Notes under the pieces: model-generated
What the model was told of the DNA's origin: nothing
The model's input: only the letters and a program-made list of their open reading frames with translations
Database searches by the model: none
In this document: piece by piece, positions 1-12,900 of the stretch
How the letters are laid out: each line of letters begins with the position of its first letter
Position numbering within the stretch: the first letter of the stretch is position 1
Assembly: GCF_009914755.1 (NCBI RefSeq)
Contig: NC_060934.1
DNA: 64,000 nucleotides
From: the human T2T-CHM13v2.0 reference genome, Homo sapiens
Reading direction: 5' to 3' (one strand)
Position numbers and translations under genes: made by a program

Positions 1-19
1 AATGTAACTATCATACAAC

Positions 20-915
<896 letters not shown>

Positions 916-1104
916 GAAAAAAAAAGGTAATGAGTTGAAATTGCATGCTTTGGCCAATTAACACTAAATTATAAGTCCTATTTGATAAAATATGATTCAA
1001 TTAGTAAATAAAGCACAGGTAAACTTTAGCAGACTTTTGGCAAAATGTGAAATTTGAACTTTACACATTTCGTTTGACCAGAGAAATATTTTGAAAAAGA
1101 AGAC

Positions 1105-1480
1105 TGCATTAGTTTATTATGGCTGCCATAACAAAATACCACAAACTGGATGCCTGAAACAATAGAAATTAATTTTTCGTAGTTCTGCAGGTTAGAAGTC
1201 CCAGAACAAGATGTCAGAATTTTTTATTTCTACCGAGGCCTCTCACCTTGGTTTGCAGATGGTGTACTCACGTGGCCCTCTCTTCATCTCTGTGTTGTCT
1301 ACCCTAATCTCTTCTTATAAAAACACCAGTCATATTAGATTAGGGCACACCTATATGACCTAATTTTACCTTAATTACCTGTTTAACAGCCCTGTATCCA
1401 AATACAGACATATTCTGAATTATTACGGGTTAGTGCTACAACATATGAATTTTGAGGGGGACATAATTCAGCTCATAACA
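1105..1480 (-). mobile_element. MaLR solo LTR (MLT1A-like)
   Basis: tgcattagttt...gctgccataacaaaataccacaaactgg start; acatatgaattttgagggggacataattcagctcataaca end. Confidence 0.85.
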
Positions 1481-1644
1481 GAGACCAACATGTAGAAATT
1501 AAGGAATTCCAAATAAAAATGTAGGTATCTACGTTATTTTTACAGCCTGCAATTAGTTCTAGCAACAATTGGTAGTACCTGAGAAATAAATCCCTGCTTC
1601 AAAAGCACATGCACACGTGCACTCAAACATCTGTAAAATTCATG

Positions 1645-1645
<1 letters not shown>

Positions 1646-1686
<41 letters not shown>
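1646..1686. repeat. (CA)n microsatellite, ~20 units
   Basis: Direct reading. Confidence 0.97.
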
Positions 1687-1688
<2 letters not shown>

Positions 1689-2736
1689 TTGTCTTCACAC
1701 CTTTATTAAATGACTGGCTTTTGTGGCATTGAGCTTGTGATGTCAGGAATAAGGAATCACATAGTTTCTGATGGAGTAGGGAGGGAAAAGTCAAGAGAAA
1801 GACTGAAAGGAGATGTGTGAGAGCTCCATAAACAAACAGCCTTCTTTATAATTTTGTGAGCAATACTCTTCAATTGTTTGGAAGCAGAAACTAGCTGGTT
1901 TGCATTTGCAGAGAGCAGACAATTTCTCCCTCAAAAGATTTTAAAAACGTTGTATCAAAAATGAATTAGTCTGTTATTTCAATCTTTCTTTTTTCTTCTT
2001 TGTTTGATGAGGAGTTGACTTCTTTTTACCAGGCTCTGTCCTCTCAATTTAGTAAGTCTACTTATGGCATATAGTGCACTGAACTGGTTTATTGAGAGCA
2101 TTTCTATTATCATAAATAAATGGTCATTCTTAATTCAAACCATTAAACCAGGTTGGCAACCATGTCATTGTAGTTTGTGCATAAAAATATTTTGCTAGGT
2201 GAGGACAGCCAATTCTTTATTAGCATGAAAGCTACAAAAGAAAAAAAAAAGATAAGTGACAGGTATTTCCTTAAATGCAAAGCAAAAGTACAAATTCTAC
2301 ACAGTACAAAATGGAGAAGGGATATGAGATGTGAAGAAGCAAACGATAATTTTATTTTACACTGGAGCATAGAGGGAGCTTATTGACAAAGGCCTGGGGT
2401 TGTATTTGCATCCTTGCAGTACACTATTTAGTCGTGAAGATTTACTTAGTGGAAAGTCACTAACCAGCTTATTAAAAGTCAAACAATACCTGGAAAAAAA
2501 TTCATGTATGCCATTGCAATTACATAAGGCCATTTTATTTATAAAATAAAAAATTTATAAAGCAAATAATGAATCAATATAAAAATAAAAGTTTATATTT
2601 GCACCGTGTTTTTATTTCTGTTATACCAGTTGATTTTAGTCTAATAAATTTATGAGGAAAATTTAAACAAAAATGTGTTTCCCAAGAACGTTTATATTTG
2701 CCTCTACCAAGTGGCCTCTGTGTTTCCCAGTAGGGA

Positions 2737-2749
2737 TGCTGACTCAGCA
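2737..2749. promoter_or_regulatory. Perfect T-MARE (Maf recognition element) palindrome TGCTGACTCAGCA
   Basis: Exact 13-bp consensus containing an AP-1 core, in non-repeat-looking DNA; function not shown. Confidence 0.45.
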
Positions 2750-3792
2750 AAATCAGCATTCATGACTCTAGTTGTCCAATATAGGGAGACAAAATGGCCA
2801 ATTTAAGTCATTGTGCTTTGTCTTTCTCTCACAGACAGACAGACACACACGCACACACAAACACATGCACACAAAGAAATGATAAGGTTCAATGAAATAC
2901 TCCATACATTTCCTTCAATTTTACTTTATAATTTTATAATTCTAAGGGTTTTTTTTAATTAAATGATCTTGTCCATATAGGGCACTGGTAAATAAAGTAA
3001 AGTCTAGAGAAATCACAAATGCAAGTTGAACTAGAATTTTGTTTAGAGATTTCTAGGGTAATAAGCAGATGAAGTAAATCTTTTCTTGCATCTGTGGCCC
3101 CCAAAAGAAATAACTTGTCACTCTAAATTATCTTTGAGACAAAACAAATTTGTCAGCTATAGTTGTCAGAAAACTGTAAAGTGATGTACTTTAAAATAAA
3201 AATTTTAACACCTTTTTCCTCCCTAATCTCCAGATATATTGGAAGTCATGAAATTAAAATGCAGTGTTAGGATAATATTTGCCTTTTTGGTAAATATAAT
3301 TTATAATCTTAAATTCAAGTGTTAAATATTGAGTCTTTCCTTGGCTTTAGGATTAAACAATAGGTGATGCCAAAATATGAGAAAAGCATCTTCCAAGGTA
3401 CAATTGCATATCTGTTACATACCTGCATACATAGAAAAGAGAAAGATAGGGGTAAGAGAATTAAACAAAAAAGTAGCAGTCACATATACATATCTGTATA
3501 TATGACATAGATCTGCATATTTGACTACTACTTTTTCATTTATTTTAATTTAAATACATATTTATGTACACATATGTGCGCATACATGTATCTGTCTGTG
3601 TGTATCTATATATTTGTTTTGGAAAATATCAGGTTCAATCAGTTTAACCAGGTTTACTTTTCACAGGACATTTCAGAGTATTTAAAAACTATACTGCATT
3701 AAAAATCTCCAGGAAATGATGTATGTGAAGAGCTCCAGAGTGTTGTTTCTCATAGAAAACTTTTTTCATAGAGAAGTTTTTTCATAGAAACA

Positions 3793-4430
3793 TTTTTTTT
3801 TAATTTCCAATTTTTATTTTAAGCAGGGGCACATGTGCAGGATGTGCATGTTTGTCACATAGATAAACTTGTGCCAGGGTGGTTTGTTGCACAGATCATC
3901 CTGTCACCCAGGTATTAAGCCCAGCATCCATTAGCTACTCTTTCTGATCCTCTCCTTCCTCCCACCACTCACTCTCCAACAGGCTCCAATGTGTGTTGTT
4001 CCCTCCCATGTGTCCATGTGTTTTCATCATTTATTTCCCACTTACAAGTGAGAACATGCAATCTTTGGTTTTGTGTTCCTGCATTAGTTTGCTAAGGATA
4101 ATGGCCTCTGCCTCCATCCATGTTCCTGTGAACTCCTCTCTAACTCATTCTATGAGGCCAGCATCATCTTGATACCAAAACCTGACAGAGATGCCATAAA
4201 AACAGAAACCTTTAAAGCCAATGTCCTTGATGAACATAGATACAAAAATCCTCAACAAAATACTGGCAAACTGAATCCAGCAGCACACCAAAAACCTTAT
4301 GCACCACGATCAAATAGTCTTCATCCCCAGGATGCAAGGCTGATTCAACATACGCAAATCAATCATTGTGATTCATCACATAAACAGAACTAAAGACACA
4401 AACCACATTATAATATCAATAGACACAGAA
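3793..4430 (-). mobile_element. Truncated older L1PA with 5' inversion (3' UTR on minus 3793-~4128; ORF2 RT-region fragment on plus ~4129-4430)
   Basis: Poly(T) plus L1PA 3' UTR (gcacagatcatcctgtcacccaggtattaagccc), then an abrupt switch to sense ORF2 (ctcattctatgaggccagcatcatc...caaaatactggcaaactgaatccagcagcac); possible degenerate TSD agaaac(a)tttt. Confidence 0.88.
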
Positions 4431-5149
4431 ACTTTTAAGATGTCAATCTTCCAGAGTCAGTGACTGTCTCTATTACTTGGGATTTGTAGTTAATTTGTTT
4501 CTATTCTTACTAATTTAGAAAACACAATTTCAAGTTCTTGCAAAACAAAACACCTGATGTTTTTCAATAATTTTGTTTGTACTATGATGACATGCAAGAA
4601 ACAAAAAATAACAATTTTCAAAAACCCATTTAAATGCTTTCATTTGCTAGAGTTTACTTCTCTGGAAATTTCATCCTTCAAGACAAATGAGAACCAGAGA
4701 ATAAAGAATAAAGTTCTCCAAGTAGTCAAATAAAATAACTACAAGCGACGTTTACAAAAAAAGTAATGGTTATACATAATTCTTAGGTGGGCCATTTAGA
4801 CAAGGAAAAGTAACATCATATTTTAATCTCTTAACTCACAGACACGTAGAAATTGTCAGTTTTCTGGAAATGGAGGAATAAGAGAACTGTCTCAAGAAGA
4901 TAGGTAGGTCCACTGACAACATTGTGAGGTGCCCTAAAGATAAAAAGAAGTAATACAAAGCTGTCCAAGAAAACATAAAAAATCAAAGTATAATATCTTG
5001 GACTAGTTAGGAGATAAATTACCCTCAGTGTTATCAAAGAACAATAATCAATATTGTAGATATGTTTATGATTAAAACTACATTGTCAAGTAAAAGTTGA
5101 AATTCATTTAAAACATTTTATAAACACAGGACAAGTTAGACAAGCATGG

Positions 5150-5340
5150 ACTCTACATGGAAACCCAGGTCTAATTCACCTTAAACTCCTTCTAGATTTG
5201 ACCATTAGACATTAATGACCTCTTAAAGCATCAACCTCCTCATCTGTAAAATATCCATAATAAAATATCACCAACATTGGAGTCCTGGAGAAGATTAATC
5301 ATTCCTTGGTTCCTAGTGTGTGCTAATAGAAACTATTATG
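5150..5340 (+). mobile_element. MIR SINE fragment
   Basis: Degenerate MIR core (acctcctcatctgtaaaata). Confidence 0.5.
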
Positions 5341-5475
5341 CCTTCTATTTCTGTTACAACTATTACCAGGGAAAAGTACACGGAAGTTTCATTAACAGAT
5401 TTATAACATATTGTTAATAAGAACAAAATTCCCAAACTTTCTTTGTTGAAAAACAACTCATTCTCTCATTTACGC

Positions 5476-6283
5476 TGTGTGAATCACACGTGAACTCAAA
5501 ATGTTTTTTTCTATTTTCTCACTCAACAACCAATAACATGCATAGGGGACTTTTGTGACCAAATATGTGTTTGTTTTTTTTTTCTCTCACACACCAAGCA
5601 AACAATCAATTCTGCAGTGGATAGAAGCTGAGTCTCCTCCAATTCAATTCTGGCACTATCTACCTAAAGACAGCATCAGATCTCACCAGTTGAAGGCTCA
5701 GTCCCCACGACCACCTCCTGCTCCACTTCAGGTATAAGTCATAAGTCTGGGCATCAAGAATATCTGACCAACCAGCTTCAAGTTGGGGTTGCCACAATAC
5801 CCTCTTTGAGTTTGATTAAGTTGTTCAGCAACTCTCAGAACTCAGGGAAACATGTGCTTACATTTACCAGTTAATTATAAAGGATATTACAAAGAATACA
5901 GATAAAGAGATACACAGGATGAGGTACAGGGGAAGGGGTGCAAAGCTTCCATGCCCCCCTGGTCTCAGGAATCTCCCCGTGTTCAGCTATGTGGAAGCTC
6001 TCTGAATCCTGGTTTGGGGGTTTTTAGGGAGGCCTCATTATGTAGGCATGATTGATTAACCTATTGGCCATCGGTGATTAACTTAACCTTCAGCTCCTCT
6101 CCCTTCAGTCTCAATCCTTCCATCATACCTTGGTCTTCCCCATCCTGAAGTTGCCTATGAGCTGCCAACCATCAGTCAATTATTGGCATGCAAAAGGACA
6201 TAACTTTGGAGATTCCAAGGATTCTAAGAGTTATATGCCAGGAAATGGGGATGAAGACTAAATATATATTTCACAGTATCACA
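5476..6283 (-). mobile_element. MER21-family LTR
   Basis: Reverse complement begins tgtgatactgtgaaatatatatttagtcttcatcccc; internal caattcaattctggcactatctacct and ggatattacaaagaatacagat motifs. Confidence 0.8.
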
Positions 6284-8624
6284 CTGGGTAAACTGCTTTT
6301 ATTCAATATCACACTGCGTAAACTGCTCTTATTCTTTTGGTGAAGTGGTTTTTGTTATAAATTTCCCTTCTGAAAAATTTTATCCTCCCTGCCTTTAATC
6401 ACTACAAAGGAAGATAGGACTTTCTTTTAAAAAATACTGAATATTTTAGTGTCTTTAACATCTTTTTGTTTGTTTGTTTAAACGTAAGCCAACCTGGCCA
6501 CCTTGTTACTCAAGATGGAACACAATGAGGCTGTTGGGAGTTTATGTTGTGCCCTCCAGACTCTCCTTGGAATTGGCTCTCTTTTCCTCCTTCCGCAGTT
6601 GGGATAAATGCAAAGACTTTTATTCTGTGATTTATAAAGACTTTAGAAGACTCTTGAGCAATTATCTTTTTCTGAATTGGGATAAAAGTCATTCTCTCAA
6701 GTGTCATCTCTCAGAGCATTTCGTTTTTTATACTTTGTGTAACACTTCCAAAATTGATGTCATAAAAGAGACAACAGATTGCTTCAGGATTCCTCAAATC
6801 TTAAAAGAAATATTAAACTTAGATTTTCAATCTGATAGTTATCTCGACAAAAAAAAAATGAGTATATTTTGGATCGAGTTTGACGACCTCCATTTAATGA
6901 AATGCCAGCATAGGATATCAATGCCTGGTTTGAAGCTTAAATTATTTCCCAAAAGAGATAACATTTAGCATTTAATGTGCTAGTAATTGCCAGGATGTCC
7001 GGTGTCTTAAATTGACATAATATAATGCTAAAATTACAACAGTCTTACACTTGTGTAGTTAGATTGAATTCTTTTGGCAGATTTAAAGGTAGAACTTCTC
7101 TAATACAGTGATAACTAAAGGAAATTTTTTTCTAGACAAATTGACAGATTTGTCATTTTAGTTTTTAAATATCTTAATATATTGATTTGACAGAAGAAAA
7201 ACAAAGACTGTGGCAGAGTAACAACTACTTTAAATAACAGAATACTTTTTAAAATTGTAAATGATGTATTTTGGGCAAGTAAAGGGTAAGTTATGTCATG
7301 GAGTCTCATAAAAATGTGAATTTCTCAGTTATAGTCAAGGCAAGTGGTGGCAAAATTTGAACCTAATGTTAATAGAAATGTTGAATTCAACAGTATTTTG
7401 ACAGTTATTACCATAATAAATCATAGAGGTATTATTGCAATCTTCCCTTACAGAAAATAACCTAAAATAGTTCATTAGTAGTAAGTATATTTTTCTGTTA
7501 CTAATAAGTTGAGATCCCCAGATGCCTCCAGCAATAAATAGGTATCCATTTTACTTCAGAAAGTGCTCTGTTCTACTTTATTTAAGGTGATTAGTCTCAA
7601 CACCAAATAGTAATATTTTTAATGAAAGTTTAATCATCTTATTCTCATTTATCCATGATCCAAAACAGTTTAACACCCAGTTGGCCATTATTAAAAATAA
7701 CAACAACAACAAAAACCACTAACAACACTTTGTCTTAAATTTAACTCTGAAAGTACCTTTTGGTATTATGAAATATGCTTGTATTTGAAATTCAATTTCT
7801 ATTTTGAGCAAAGTGTGCTTGTTACTATAAATTTTAAAAGATCAGCAGCTTTTAGAACTTTATATTATTTTAATAAAATCTATAGTAAAACATTTTTGAG
7901 ACAATTTTTTTGAAAATTAAAATAAAATCCTGTCTATTTTCATTGTAAATGTAAGATAGCTTTTATTTTTTCAGTTATGTTCTCTAAGGGTTAGACTTTC
8001 TGTCATTAAAATCTCCAAATAAATAACAAGCAGCAGTTAATGAGCTTTTCCTAACCTATTTTAACCTTTCATATTCCTACCATCTGCTTTTAATAATATA
8101 TAATTTATAACTTATTTAGTTATTATAATATTAATTTACCTGCATTTTAATGAATAAAAATCTTAAAGGCAATCTCTTGCTTTAGACTAGAAAACATCAG
8201 TATATCTCAATGTATCATCCTTGGAAATTTTAGATATATACATGAGTTTTTTTTGTTTTTGTTTTTGTTTTGGCAAAAAGACAAGTATGTCTTCTCTCTG
8301 ATGTTAGTATTGCCTTTCACTTTATAGGAACATAAAATTTTAGTCATTAGAACATTTAGAGATAGGTGTATTAATCAAAAAGCTAGATAAGATGATGGTA
8401 TGAGAGTCCTGTCCTCTGCCCTAATGAAGTAAACTTCCAGTTATAGCGAGTGCTGGGCAAAGCAGGAGTGTGATTATCATCCCAAAACGGGCAGTCTATA
8501 GGGTCTTTCTAGCTTCCCATTACCCTATGGAGTTGGTTGAGGCATTTGTTGTGACTGCATTGTGGCCAATTCCTCCTCCTCCCAATGTTGTTTCCTTTCC
8601 TTTCTTTACTGTTATAAATCCTGA

Positions 8625-8993
<369 letters not shown>

Positions 8994-9449
8994 TAAATCA
9001 ACCTCTCTAAGTTTGTACCAGGAGGAGTCAATAAAAGTAGATGCTAAGATGGGATTTTGAAGCTGAGCTGGATCACCTGTTGGCTAGCTGACAATAAAGA
9101 ACTTTCTGTAAGCAGTAGGTAGACTATGAATAAACCCTGGCCCAATGTAACATTATAACTTAAAAGTTCATCTGGGTTTAACTTAGTGGTGTACCAATAG
9201 AAAAAACAAATGCAACTAGCAGGTGAAAGGTAGCAAGCTTTTAAGAAATATGAGAAAAATAGTAACTATAAAAGCAATGAAATTGTCTGGCTGTAGGGGC
9301 AAGCGATACTGTGGAGAAATGTAATGGAAGACTAGAGGTGGTAAGTTATCAATTAAAAGCTACATGTGAACAAATAGTGCTTCTTTACAGCATATAAAAA
9401 GCCTCTCAGCAGCAGATGGGCAAAGAAAGCTGAATATCATATCCAGAAG

Positions 9450-9542
9450 GCAGCACACCAACATGGCACATGTATACATATATAACAAACCTGCACGTTG
9501 TGCACATGTACCCTAAAACTTAAATATAATAATAAAAAAAAA
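9450..9542 (+). mobile_element. Very short L1PA 3' tail (L1PA3-5-like)
   Basis: gcagcacaccaacatggcacatgtatac...gtaccctaaaacttaaatataataat plus poly(A). Confidence 0.9.
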
Positions 9543-11459
9543 CTAACAGAACTCAGGAGAAAGATAAATTCTCAACCTAGGTAGGACTGCTATGCTGACA
9601 TCAGGGCCCTGTTTAGGAAAGAATTGGACAGTTGCCTATGAGTTGGGTTGATGAACTTGAGAACCTTGAGTCCTCAGATTAATCTAACTTGAGCCTGAAA
9701 AAGTGGCTATTCTTCCTTGTTAAGGGCTAGTGCCCTTCCTTTGCTTGCAGGTGATGCAGACACCTCTTGCCTTCCAGTGAGCATGAACTCCGCATAGATT
9801 TGCCCCTGCCTTCCCTCCTGACCATCAGACCAATATATAAGAACTATAATTTGAAGGAGCTGTAAGAACTAGAAACATATATAATGTGAGTGGGTATTCA
9901 ACATGCTGAATCAAAGGAGGATGACACATAACACTGATTAAGAAAGACTTTATTGAGATGAGAGCATTCTCTTAAAACAAAAGATTTAATACTTTGGCAA
10001 AAACTCCAGATGTTTCTAAAATGCTACTAAGATAATTCTAGAAACTGGAAAAGTATTGGCTCACATCAAAGAGGAAGTGCAATACCTGACCTGGCAGTTA
10101 GTGGATAATGGAGCAAAAGAGGGTGCAGAGATGTTCATTTTGTTCTCAAAAGGGTTCAGAAGACATGTTTACCAAAGCAGTAAGAAATGCACAGCTGAGA
10201 GGTGCTTCAATACCAAGTTCAGTGATGTCTGCTTTCTTGTATGCCAGGACTAACAGTAGCAGGTGCTGTTATATCAATATGCTCATTGAATTCAGTAATG
10301 AAAGAGAGGACTCTGGAATAATAGAGGCCAGGTCGTGGTGCATAATCATCAAAAATCCAGTAGATGTAATTATTGTAATGAGAGACATGGTCACAGTGGT
10401 AGCCAGGGGAGCTTGACATATACAGTTATAAAGCTAGTTAATAGAAGTTAACATCCCTGTGGTTAAGAGCAACCAACAAACAAACCAAGGAGTCTGAGGG
10501 CAGTCTCTTGCCTGTTTTCCATACCCTGAGTCCATTGACTGAAGAAAGCTAGAACAGAGCTGCCTACACTAAGGCCATTCCCTTCTCAAGCAAATCCCAC
10601 ACCCATTGAAGCATAAAGACTTGGTTCATACACACCAGTCCAGAACATCTCTGCAAAGCCATCCCACTTTCAAATTTTCTCATGTTTACGTGTGCATGTA
10701 TTGCTCACTGCTCAACCTCTTACGCCCTTTTTCCCATAGGTGTTGATGTTGAGAGCAATTCTTAATAATCACTTGAATGTGAATCCACAAATTAGGGTTC
10801 TGTTTCCAGAAATACTCTTGCAATAATATTTAAGGAAACAACTTTTTTTCAGCTAAAAATTATAATGAGAAACCATATACATATATATATGTAAAATGAG
10901 GAGTTGTCTTAGAAAAGGACAAAGCATGCATGCCCTCAACTCCTCTTTGGATGATTCTTGATTGTCACCTAGGTATTTTGCCTATGTTTGTCACCAATTT
11001 ATGTTCCATGGCAACAGCTAACTTCAGACTTTGTGTTGAACTAATATTCCAGACCTTAGCAGATTTTACTCTCTTTTTCCATGTTAGTGACAACTCTTGG
11101 CCCGAGCAAGAAGTGATCAAAGGGACAGGTGTCTTTTAACAGTAAACTAGTTTTTCAGAAATTAGCATGAACACAAAGAAACGTGCAATCCTCAGGGTCA
11201 GTATCTGCACCTCCCCAGTAATAGCCTCTGATTTCATCAAGTCCAGGTGCCATGTATTCCACCCTGCAGCTGTGACAAAATTAAGGGCTACCTGGCAAGA
11301 CACTTACAGTCTCCTGGGCATATTTCTTCTTCTGTGGACTAAGCAGTTTGAATTTTTTTTAATTAATTGAAGTTATATATTTAGTAATGTTAACTTCACT
11401 ACCATGAACATACAGAGGGCTATTCTCTGTCTCTGTCTCTCTCATTTTCTTTCCCCTAG

Positions 11460-11530
11460 ACACTATACCATTTCAAAATTGCATCTGTTAACAATGTATC
11501 GGGCTTAGAATTACAACAGTCTTACTTTAA
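11460..11530 (+). other. Candidate internal exon (71 nt)
   Basis: Long polypyrimidine tract ending cccctag at 11459; donor AA|gtaagt at 11531; one frame open (TLYHFKIASVNNVSGLELQQSYF). Confidence 0.35.
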
Positions 11531-12259
11531 GTAAGTATTTTTTTTACATGTATGGTTTCACTTTAAAATTTTCCAATGAAAGAAAAATAGATAAAGAGAT
11601 GGACTGAATTATTTAAAATAGTATGAAAAATGGTCTCTATGTATTCAACTTTCGTACTGTAAATATGAAGACTTCTAAAGAAACTCCCATTATTTAGTCA
11701 TAATAGCATTAAAAACTAGTAAATGGTATTAACAATTACATATATTTCCTTGGGTTCTAAATTTTACTTCCTGAAAATTTTGTTACCATTCCATTGTCTC
11801 TCATAGCATTTTTTCAGCAGTTGAAGAATAATACATTTGTAGGAATTGATTATTTTTAATTAGGCCCTCTACATAAATTTTAAAATGTCTCTGGTAAAAG
11901 AACCATCAAAGAAGTATTTTGTTTTAGGTATAAATGAACTTTCTCGTACATTTTAAGAGAAAACCATCTTTTTGATTTATTGAAACTCAATTCTGTTCCC
12001 TGTCACATTTCCTCATAAAGTAAGATTGAAATAAAAAAGGTATATATATTATACTCTATGAACATATTGTACAGGTTCCCTTTGCCATTGTAAGTCGGAT
12101 GTGCATTATAATTTCTTACCTTTCTCAACTCACTTTTACTGCTTCCTATAAATTTAAAAAAAAAAAACTAACATAATTAAACCAAATTTCTCTTGATGAA
12201 CCAAATTCATTCTTGATGGAATGAATGTGACATGCGACCTTCTATTCACAGTATAGGAT

Positions 12260-12900
12260 GTGGTATTTGGAGCTCCAAATCAGGCTGAGTTCCTTGTTGT
12301 GTCACTTTGTACACATCATTTATACTCTCATCTTTAAAAACATGCATTTCATGTTTTTTATTTGTTAATTACTGATGTGAATACCCAAGGAAGTAACATA
12401 TGAAGAATATCTAGCAATGGGGCTGGCACATGATGGAATCTCATAAATGGTATAAATAAAGTCCCCAGGTTTTACCCTAAAAGAAAAGACTTCTCTTTTA
12501 TAGAATTGTAGAATTACAAAATAAGGCATTTCAGAGACCAAGAAGCTGCTGATGCATTTCTGTGATAGAATGTAAAATTTATCATTGAGTGTTTCCCCCC
12601 TTGTTATCTTTCATGGGATTTGTTTTGCACTTTAATATTCTACTGTAGATTAATCATTTTTAATGTTTATATACTTTCTGCCCAAAGAAATTCTACTCAG
12701 ACCCTGAAACTAGACAACCCATGTTTCTATTCACTGCTCCATTAATTCTCAGATGTGTATGATGCTGAGTAAGTTACTTAAACACCTTTTGCTTTAGTTT
12801 CTTAATTTGAAAATCAGAAAAAAATAAAACCTCCTCCATAGTTTGTGCGAGTTATGTGAATTTGGATGTATAAAGTACTTAGAATATTTGGTATCATTAT
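12260..12900 (+). mobile_element. Two degenerate MIR fragments (~12260-12455, ~12700-12900)
   Basis: MIR-like motifs ggctggcacatgatgg...ataaatgg and agtaagttacttaaacacctttt...agtttctta. Confidence 0.45.

Noticed and set aside
6474-6968. 164-aa ORF in unique AT-rich DNA
   Set aside because: Non-ATG start, no recognisable domain, composition like translated non-coding DNA
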